Virus record (IMG/VR): IMGVR_UViG_3300005253_000523
Coordinates: 5,091-69,090 of that record
Direction: 5' to 3' (one strand)
Origin: a virus
DNA: 64,000 nt
Position 1 is the stretch's first letter, and every line of letters starts with the position of its first letter. A program made the position numbers and the translations under genes. Shown piece after piece: positions 1-7,165 of this stretch. The notes beneath the pieces were generated by a model, which was given only the letters and a program-made list of their open reading frames with translations, searched no databases and was not told the origin of the DNA.

Positions 1-4
1 GAAA

Positions 5-1207
5 TTAGCTGGGGACCGCGATGTTCTTCACGAGCGTCAGAGCTGTCAGCTCCTCGATCTGCGCCTGCGCCTTCACCGTGATGGCGAACTCGTTGGCACC
101 CCGGAAGATGTTCCGGTCCCGCTCGATGCGGATGTCGCGGCCGATGGCCAGGATGAGGTTCTTCGGATCGGTGAGCAGCATGCGGCCACCGGTCTTGTAC
201 GTGACCTTGACGGTCGCGCCCGAGCCGATCGTGCCACCACCCAGGCGGGTGATGGTGCCGTTGGCCAGATCGACCGTGTAGTCGTTGCCGGCGCCGGCAA
301 CGAACTGGGCCTCTGGGTTCTTGCCCAGCGCCTGGTTGATCACGACCTGTCCGGTGATCGGCGAGAAGCTGAGCTGCGACGCCGTGGTGCCATCGGTGTT
401 CATGACCACATCCTCGGAGAACTGTGGCTCCGAGGGCAGCAAGGACACCGGCATCATCGGGATGCCGAACGGCCGAGGTGCATCGGCACCGTTGACGGCA
501 GCGTCGCCGAGGCCGGTGCCACGGTTCGACAGACCCTCGCGGTACGCCTGCTCGTGATCGAACGACAAGAACCACCGCATCGCGGCCACGTTCTTGAGGA
601 ACTTGTTGGGCATGGCGCGCTTCGCCTGCCCGAAAACGCTCTGGGCGATCGTCGCGTTCTGCGCGTCGACGACGTTGCCGCCTTCGGCCAGGGCCAACCA
701 ACCCTGAAACAGCGCGAGGTAGCTGTCCTTGACGAACAGCGTGGTGCTCCCACCTTCGATGAGGTCGGTTTCGAGAGCGGCGGGACCATTGGTCAAGCCA
801 CCCCAATACAACTCTTCCAAGTTGTTGGCGAGCTGTCGCGCCATCATCTGAATGATGCGCTCCTCGATCTTGTCGCCCTCGATGTTGTGCTCCTTGAAGA
901 TGTCGCCGATCTCGAACGGCACCATGATCTCGGAGGGCTGCAGCGTGATCTTGCTGGTCGTCACGCCACGACGAAGGTTGGGATCGACCGCCTCGGCCTT
1001 GGGAACCGCGACACGATTGCCGACGCCGATCTTCTCGATCAGTGCCTGCTCGTTGCGGAACCTCTCGACCCGGACGACGTTCCGCATCGACGTCTCGTCA
1101 ATGACGAAGTCGATGAAACGGTCAGCCTGCTTGGGATTGAGCTTCCCGGCATTCGCCAGGGCCGCCGTGGTGATGGTGGCCTTTTCGATCAGCTCTTTGT
1201 TGGTCAT
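5..1207 (-). CDS. Major capsid protein (HK97 fold, PBSX XkdG-like) with a beta-rich insertion near the C-terminus
   Basis: N-terminus ELIEKATITTAALANAGKLNPKQADRFI...IEKIGVGNR resembles XkdG-type capsids; C-terminus LLTDPKNLILAIGRDIRIER; lies downstream of protease and scaffold. Confidence 0.85.
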   Translation of the reverse strand: MTNKELIEKATITTAALANAGKLNPKQADRFIDFVIDETSMRNVVRVERFRNEQALIEKIGVGNRVAVPKAEAVDPNLRRGVTTSKITLQPSEIMVPFEIGDIFKEHNIEGDKIEERIIQMMARQLANNLEELYWGGLTNGPAALETDLIEGGSTTLFVKDSYLALFQGWLALAEGGNVVDAQNATIAQSVFGQAKRAMPNKFLKNVAAMRWFLSFDHEQAYREGLSNRGTGLGDAAVNGADAPRPFGIPMMPVSLLPSEPQFSEDVVMNTDGTTASQLSFSPITGQVVINQALGKNPEAQFVAGAGNDYTVDLANGTITRLGGGTIGSGATVKVTYKTGGRMLLTDPKNLILAIGRDIRIERDRNIFRGANEFAITVKAQAQIEELTALTLVKNIAVPS

Positions 1208-1271
1208 GATTCGATTGACTCCTGTTGTGCCGTTCTTCTCTTGATTGCCGATCTTGGCGAAAAACTATCTG

Positions 1272-2624
1272 CTACGTACCGAGTACACTACCCCATCCGA
1301 TGTCGTCTTCCGATTTCTTGACCTCGGTGGCCTCGGGAGGATCTCCGTCACCAGCACCCGTGGGACGGATGCCCTCGACCGCTTCGAGACGCTTGGTCAA
1401 GTCACCGACCGACTTGTTGATGGTCTCGATCTTCGTGTCGACCTTGCCACCCATGGCCTCGATGGCCTTGGTAACAGGAGTGAGATCGACGGCCGCTGCA
1501 GGCGCGGTCTTTGCGACCTGCTCACCGGCCAGCTCCTTGAGGATCGACTGCAACGCCTCGACCGCTCGCTTGAACTGACTGAGACGGACGCGCTTCATCT
1601 TGGCGCCTGACTTGAACACGATCATGGGATCGGCATCGTTCTCCGAGCCCATGGCCTTGAAGATCTCGATGTCCCTCTTCTCCGTCTGCGTGGCAGGCTT
1701 GCCGTACTTGTCGATGATCGCTCCGAGCGACGCAGCGATCGAACGCATTTCACTACCCTGCGCGTCTGCGATGTCGGCGTCGGCCTCCATCTCACCAAGC
1801 TTGTTGGACAGGGCCGTCAGCTTTTCCATCGCGGCCGTCAGCGCCCGCATCGTCGATCCCTCGACCTTCTCGGTCTTCTTGTCCTTCTCCTTGGCGCTGC
1901 TGACCTGACCGCTCATCAGGTTGAGCTGATTCATGACGGTCTTCAGCGAAGCAATCATCGCGGGACTCAGCGGCTTGTCACCGAGATCCTTGGCCTGGTT
2001 CACGATGCGTGTGATCGCGGCCAGTGCGGTCTTGGCTGACTTGGCACCAGCGCCGGCCTTCACCGCCTTGGTCACCACCTCGGAATCACCGGCCGCATCG
2101 GCAGCGGCGTCCGCTTCACCTTCGGTGGCAGCGGCGTCCGCTTCACCTTCGGTGGCAGCGGCAGCGCCGTCGCCCTCGGTGGCAGCATCGCCGGCACCAT
2201 CTGTGGCAGCGTCGCCCTCGGCGGCAGCAGCAGCATCGCCGTCGCCCTCGGCTGCAGCACCTGCGGCGCCGTCGCCGTCACCCTCGGTGGCAGCGCCGTC
2301 GCCGTCACCCTCGGTGGCAGCACCAGAGCCATCGCCGTCGCCCTCGGCTGCGGCAGTCTCATCGAGATCGCCGAGTCCGAGAAGATCCATCATGCTGGCA
2401 TCGCCGTCTCCGGTCTCCGCAGCAGCAGCGCCCTCGGTCTTCTCGACTCGTTCCCTGCCTTCACTGGCCGTAATCGCTGTTCGTTTGGTGGTCATTCCAT
2501 CCTCCGGTGGGGCGCGTTTGATGATCAGGAAACGTCGACGGATCGCAGGGAAATCAACGATCGAAACCTCTCTGGTTTCAATGTCTTTGAGTTCTGCCTT
2601 TGCATTGGCATTCGTTCCCGCCAT
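1272..2624 (-). CDS. Capsid scaffolding protein carrying the terminal protease strand (XkdF N-terminal-like motif)
   Basis: LKDIETREVSIVDFPAIRRRFLIIK motif, acidic Ala/Gly repeats, coiled coils, directly upstream of MCP. Confidence 0.7.
   Translation of the reverse strand: MAGTNANAKAELKDIETREVSIVDFPAIRRRFLIIKRAPPEDGMTTKRTAITASEGRERVEKTEGAAAAETGDGDASMMDLLGLGDLDETAAAEGDGDGSGAATEGDGDGAATEGDGDGAAGAAAEGDGDAAAAAEGDAATDGAGDAATEGDGAAAATEGEADAAATEGEADAAADAAGDSEVVTKAVKAGAGAKSAKTALAAITRIVNQAKDLGDKPLSPAMIASLKTVMNQLNLMSGQVSSAKEKDKKTEKVEGSTMRALTAAMEKLTALSNKLGEMEADADIADAQGSEMRSIAASLGAIIDKYGKPATQTEKRDIEIFKAMGSENDADPMIVFKSGAKMKRVRLSQFKRAVEALQSILKELAGEQVAKTAPAAAVDLTPVTKAIEAMGGKVDTKIETINKSVGDLTKRLEAVEGIRPTGAGDGDPPEATEVKKSEDDIGWGSVLGT
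2095..2352 (-). repeat. Degenerate tandem repeats encoding AATEG(D/E)(GD/AD) units in the scaffold
   Basis: Repeated gccgtcgccctcggtggcagc and gcgtccgcttcaccttcggtggca units. Confidence 0.85.
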
Positions 2625-2651
2625 CGGTCCGACTTCAGTCTACGCACAAAT

Positions 2652-5015
2652 TCAATCCTCACGCAATTTCACGCGCCGCGCGAAACCACCCATGGAGAAG
2701 CCACGGAACTCTCCGCTCTTGATCTTCTTCCAGATCGACTTGTCGAGCACGTGATACATCACCAACCACGATCCCTTCTTAACTTTCTGTCCACCGATGG
2801 TCAAATTTATGGGTGCGATGTAGCTCTCGAAGATCTCGACGACGCTGTTCACGTTCTTCCGATGCATCAGCCCACGGTTCTGGAACCTGGCCAGCCAACC
2901 ATGCGCTGCCCTCTCGATGGTCACAGGCTTGACGGTATCCTCGTGTGCGTCGACCTCGTCCGGTTCGAGCACAATGCCAAGGACGATGTGCTTGTCCTCC
3001 TCGGCCTTGTCGATCGGAAGCATTCTGATCGTGTGACCATCAACGTCCTCGCGCTTCTCGGTCAGGATCACATCGGCCGGATCGATGCTGCCCTTCTCGA
3101 TTGCTGCCAACCTGGCGAGTTGCGTGGCTGGAGGCGCCGGTCCATTGCGTTGCTGCTCAGGCTTCCCCTGATCGGCCCAGAACTCACCGGGCATGATGCT
3201 GGTGAGTGACTTGCCGTCGAGCTTCAAGCCGTGTGAATGGATCCCGTCGAATGCGGACGACATCACCTGCAGCTCGTGATCGTGACCACCGCCACCTTCG
3301 GTGGTCGTGAATTCCTCTTCGTTGATCAGAACCTTGTGGACGTGCAGACCACTATCTGGAATCGTCTCGTTCGCAGTCGGCCGCGACATCGTGTGTTCGT
3401 GCTCGCCGTCTTCCTCGGTCACGACGCGCGTGCCATCAGCCAGAACGAATAAGTGAATGTGACGACCGTCGTTCTGGGTCTTCTTCGCTTCACGGATCAG
3501 GTTGTGAACGTGGACACCAGCCTCGGGCACCTGGTTCGGGAACCCCTTCAAGATTTTTTCCATGCTGCTGATCTTGATCAGCCTGCGCTCCTTGCTTGGC
3601 ACGAGCGCGAGATCGAACAGCGGCATGTGATCACGGGTCGGTCTTGCCGATGCCTCGTGGAAGTGAACACGGCCACGGTGTTCCTCTGGTACCGATTCCT
3701 GCACGAACGATTCGATGAGTTCTCGCGTCGCCGGATCGACGGGACCGTTGATGAGAATGCCGGCCGCGTCGACGACGATTGCGTTCGATCGCAAGACCAT
3801 CGAATGTCCGAGGCTCTTGAGTAGCTCCTCCATCTTCGCGACGCGCTTGATGTTTTCACAGCGGCCAGTGCGTGAGTTGTAGCGTTTCCCGGGCGGACAC
3901 TTCGGTTGGATCTGCGCTGGCAACTTGCGACCACCAGGATCCAGCGACGGCGACGTGATCGTGTGCGACGCCTTGTTCTCCTTCGGTCGTCCGATGACTG
4001 CCTTCACGCCAGGCGCCAAGGTGATCGTCCGGAAAGATCCAGTCTGAAAATCCCCTGGATTCCGTTGCCGGAACCGGAAGCTGTTCGGCTTCTCGTCGAC
4101 ACCCTTGCCGTCGAATGTCGTTTTGAAATCGTTGTCCTTCAGCCACTGCCGCGCCTGCGCCAGCGAGAACTTCTCCTTGTCGAAAATGATCGTCTGGACT
4201 TCGGTGCTCGTGGGCTCCTGCTTGGCGACTCGCTTCGTCGCAAAGTTGCTGATCACGAAGGTCTTGTATGCCTTGTAGTTCCCACGACCATCGGGAACGG
4301 AATGTGAGATCGCCTGGGTCTTGAAGTTTGATGGACCGGCGACGTCGTACGTGACGATGAACTTACTCTTCACGGTCTTGAGGAAGTTCCAGAACCCGTC
4401 GTGGTCGAACTTCTTCTCGCCGACGTTCTGATCGGTCTTCACGTACGGTGGGTCCAGGAAGAACATCGTCGCCGGCCCGTCGAACTGCTTCATGACCTTG
4501 CGATAATCAGACGAAAATACCTTGACGCCCTTGAGCCGCTCCTTGGCCTTCTCCAACCGATCCGGAACGGTGACGGTGGTACCGATCGCCGTGCGATCGA
4601 TTCCGCCCTTCGGATTGCGCATGAAACCCATCCGTCGTGTCATCACTAACTTGTAGAAGCGCGTGATCTTTGTAGTCGGCGTGGACTTCTTCAACTGATT
4701 GAAGAGTTGCTCGGTCGCCTTCCAGCTCATCCGTTTCAGCGCAGCGAATTCGGCCGGCGTCATGTCACGGATGAACTTGAACGCCTCGGCGATGTCGGTG
4801 TCGAGATCGTTCAAGACCTCCGTCTCGACCTTGGTCTTGGCCCAGAACACAGCGGCACCACCAGCGAACGCTTCGACGTACGACTTGTGTTCCGGGAACA
4901 GCGGGATCAGACGACCAGCCAGTCGCGACTTTCCTGCCGGCGATCCGAAGACCTGGGCACCGACGCGCTTCATCAGCTCGATGGCGTCAGGCGGAAGATC
5001 GTGCGGAGCGTTCAT
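2652..5015 (-). CDS. Polyprotein: Dam/D12-class N6-adenine methyltransferase + unknown domain + His-rich repeats + XkdF-like prohead serine protease
   Basis: GSPAGKSRLA, YVEAFAGGAAVF, LNDLD, FLDPPY (Dam); GxHxH x6; IVLGIVLEPDEVDAH...GLMH...IFESYIAP...KKGSW...IWKKIKSGEFRGFSMGG (XkdF). Start 5015 overlaps the MuF stop (ATGA). Confidence 0.85.
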   Translation of the reverse strand: MNAPHDLPPDAIELMKRVGAQVFGSPAGKSRLAGRLIPLFPEHKSYVEAFAGGAAVFWAKTKVETEVLNDLDTDIAEAFKFIRDMTPAEFAALKRMSWKATEQLFNQLKKSTPTTKITRFYKLVMTRRMGFMRNPKGGIDRTAIGTTVTVPDRLEKAKERLKGVKVFSSDYRKVMKQFDGPATMFFLDPPYVKTDQNVGEKKFDHDGFWNFLKTVKSKFIVTYDVAGPSNFKTQAISHSVPDGRGNYKAYKTFVISNFATKRVAKQEPTSTEVQTIIFDKEKFSLAQARQWLKDNDFKTTFDGKGVDEKPNSFRFRQRNPGDFQTGSFRTITLAPGVKAVIGRPKENKASHTITSPSLDPGGRKLPAQIQPKCPPGKRYNSRTGRCENIKRVAKMEELLKSLGHSMVLRSNAIVVDAAGILINGPVDPATRELIESFVQESVPEEHRGRVHFHEASARPTRDHMPLFDLALVPSKERRLIKISSMEKILKGFPNQVPEAGVHVHNLIREAKKTQNDGRHIHLFVLADGTRVVTEEDGEHEHTMSRPTANETIPDSGLHVHKVLINEEEFTTTEGGGGHDHELQVMSSAFDGIHSHGLKLDGKSLTSIMPGEFWADQGKPEQQRNGPAPPATQLARLAAIEKGSIDPADVILTEKREDVDGHTIRMLPIDKAEEDKHIVLGIVLEPDEVDAHEDTVKPVTIERAAHGWLARFQNRGLMHRKNVNSVVEIFESYIAPINLTIGGQKVKKGSWLVMYHVLDKSIWKKIKSGEFRGFSMGGFARRVKLRED

Positions 5016-7165
5016 GGTCCGAAAGATAGTACCACCGGCTCGGTACGGCACAGCGGATGGAACGGTGGCAGGACTGCCCCGGCCTCGATCAGACGATCGG
5101 TAGCGTCTCCACTTCCCTTATCAGCACCGTCCAGTGCTTCCTCAATCGCAGGGCCAGAGATCCACGGTTGGATCTGTCGAATTTGTTCAGGATTCTTCGC
5201 GTCGAGGAAACGATCGATGTGCTTGCCAGCAGTCTCGACCGTGAATGTCTGACCAACCATTTGCTGGCAGTTGTGTACTACGACATCAGCAACGATGTAC
5301 GTAGGATCATCTCCCTCAATCTCCAGGTTATAGCAAGGCAGGGCCAGCTTGATCGGTTCAAGACGTAGGGGAATCCAACCAATCAGGCAGTCTGTTTCAA
5401 CTTGCGACGCGTCCGTACACCAGCGAGCGCCATGATCAGGGTACGAGTAATGGCTTTGATCGGATCCCTTTTTAGATCGGCCTCTCGGATCCTCACAGCG
5501 ATCCAGCCGTTGCGAATGATGGCTTCCTGTTTTGATTGGCTTATGACCCGCCCTTTTGTGGTGTGCCAATATATTCCATCCACCTCCAAGGCTATCGAAC
5601 CAAGAATCAAGAAATCCACGGATCCATTTCCCGCTTGTACTTCCGCCTCGTATCGCAGACCGAGATATTTCAGGGTCTCCTCGACGGCCAACTCCGGATA
5701 GGTCGCCGCCGTACTTCGGCAGTAGCACGCCTTCGAACAGTAACGCTTGTTCAGCCCTTTGAATTCCCCGCCGCAATGCTGGCACAGTCGTGCTTGAGAA
5801 TATGTCGCACATTTTCGCGAACAGTGTTCTCTTCGTTTTTGCAATAAAACCTCGACGGGCTTCAACCTGAATCTCTTGCTGCACCGCTTGCACCGAGTCC
5901 AGAGCGCTTCCGGTGGCAAACCTTTCCTTCCGGCCTTTCTGCGACATGCCAATGAACAGTGTCTCCAACTGCCTCTGAGGACTTCCGCTCTGCGCCTCTC
6001 GATGACCTTTCCGCAGTGTTCGCAGGCCGTCGTTAACCAGTAAATCTTTTTTTTGTGGCGATATTGGCACTCCCGACCGCAATACTTCTTCCTGTAGTAT
6101 CTGGACGGATGCGTTCGTATCGCTGCCCCGCAACCTACGCACTCTAACGAAATCGGCATCTGTTATCTCCCGAGCCGCCACCCAACCCCTAGCAGTCAGG
6201 ATTTCGTGCTCTGGAGTGATCATAAATCGATGACCGAACGAATTACAGACAAACCAGTCCTCGTTCACCCGTCGTTTTGAAACAGCCTGCACACGCCGCT
6301 TGAATCCGTGCCCTGTCAGGATTTCTGTACCAGGCGTCACGTCTTCGATCGGCAGCTTGCCTCCACTACCCAGGGTCACAAGAGACCCTGGCGCAAAACA
6401 TATCTGTCCAGTACGATCGTCATTGGGATTGGTCAGGCGATAGGTTATGACTCCGCCCTTCTGGAAGCCTTCGATCTTCGAGAAGGTCCGTCCCTGCTGG
6501 GCGGCCACGCTGGAGAGCTGCCGGAAGTAGAGTTCGGGATTGCCGGCGTACTGCGCGGGAATCGTCGGCGCGAATGAAGTGACACCACCAGGCACCAGAC
6601 CGAACTCACGACCGAGCACCGGACCCAGCTCTGCCGACGCCGCCCGGAAGCTCAGTCCCTGGTTGAGGATCACGTCCTCGGTCACGCCAGCGATACGCCG
6701 GCTGAGTTGCTCGCTGTAGAAGTCGCCGACCCAGAACACGTGATGGCGTCGGATCGCCTTGACGGTGCGCGTACTGCGCAATGAGAAGCTGAGCTGAACG
6801 CGCGCTTCACGCTGGGTCAGCTTCAACGTCCGAGAGTAGATCCGCTTCACCAGACCCTCGGTGATCACCTTCTGTGGATTGGTCATCGGCGATGCCAATG
6901 GCGCCGCCAGACGTTTCAAGAACGATGACATCGCCTTGCGAGAACTGTTCCCCGCCTTGCGATACGCGACCAGGCTGCCGGCGAGCGAACCACGTGCGGC
7001 ACGCTTCCAGGATCGGTTGGTGAGTTCGGTGAGCTGCTTCTCCGTCTTGATCGTCATGCGACGGATGTTCGACTCCGCCTTCAATATCGCAGCCAGTGTG
7101 CTCTCAACTTCTTCCGACAACTCCATGAGCGTCGGTGTCGTGAGAGCGTCTAGATCAATCCTCAT
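5012..7165 (-). CDS. MuF-like minor head morphogenesis protein interrupted by an intein
   Basis: DDRTGQI|C and LPPFHPLCRT MuF motifs; located between portal and protease. Confidence 0.85.
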   Translation of the reverse strand: MRIDLDALTTPTLMELSEEVESTLAAILKAESNIRRMTIKTEKQLTELTNRSWKRAARGSLAGSLVAYRKAGNSSRKAMSSFLKRLAAPLASPMTNPQKVITEGLVKRIYSRTLKLTQREARVQLSFSLRSTRTVKAIRRHHVFWVGDFYSEQLSRRIAGVTEDVILNQGLSFRAASAELGPVLGREFGLVPGGVTSFAPTIPAQYAGNPELYFRQLSSVAAQQGRTFSKIEGFQKGGVITYRLTNPNDDRTGQICFAPGSLVTLGSGGKLPIEDVTPGTEILTGHGFKRRVQAVSKRRVNEDWFVCNSFGHRFMITPEHEILTARGWVAAREITDADFVRVRRLRGSDTNASVQILQEEVLRSGVPISPQKKDLLVNDGLRTLRKGHREAQSGSPQRQLETLFIGMSQKGRKERFATGSALDSVQAVQQEIQVEARRGFIAKTKRTLFAKMCDIFSSTTVPALRRGIQRAEQALLFEGVLLPKYGGDLSGVGRRGDPEISRSAIRGGSTSGKWIRGFLDSWFDSLGGGWNILAHHKRAGHKPIKTGSHHSQRLDRCEDPRGRSKKGSDQSHYSYPDHGARWCTDASQVETDCLIGWIPLRLEPIKLALPCYNLEIEGDDPTYIVADVVVHNCQQMVGQTFTVETAGKHIDRFLDAKNPEQIRQIQPWISGPAIEEALDGADKGSGDATDRLIEAGAVLPPFHPLCRTEPVVLSFGP
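5270..6400 (-). mobile_element. Intein in MuF (377 aa) lacking an in-frame endonuclease
   Basis: Block A CFAPGSLVTL, block B ITPEHEILTARGW, blocks F/G CYNLEIE...VVHN|C. Confidence 0.9.
5383..6159 (-). CDS. Zn-finger + DUF559/Vsr-like endonuclease nested in the +1 frame of the MuF intein
   Basis: Four CxxC...C(S/G)xxC ribbons; PE...VDFL...ALEVDGIYWH...GWIAVRIRE; SD GGGAG 7 nt before ATG. Confidence 0.85.
   Translation of the reverse strand: MPISLECVGCGAAIRTHPSRYYRKKYCGRECQYRHKKKIYWLTTACEHCGKVIERRRAEVLRGSWRHCSLACRRKAGRKGLPPEALWTRCKRCSKRFRLKPVEVLLQKRREHCSRKCATYSQARLCQHCGGEFKGLNKRYCSKACYCRSTAATYPELAVEETLKYLGLRYEAEVQAGNGSVDFLILGSIALEVDGIYWHTTKGRVISQSKQEAIIRNGWIAVRIREADLKRDPIKAITRTLIMALAGVRTRRKLKQTA

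Noticed and set aside
2625-2654. Stop-codon readthrough fusing protease and scaffold (same frame, 27-nt gap)
   Set aside because: Two in-frame stops (TGA, then TAG) separate them
1933-2754. Long plus-strand Ala/Ser/Pro-rich ORFs over the scaffold, and other antisense ORFs such as 61728-63428, 43452-44594 and 10838-11821
   Set aside because: Antisense shadows of real genes caused by GC-rich codon bias; no motifs, unlike the same-strand nested nuclease ORFs
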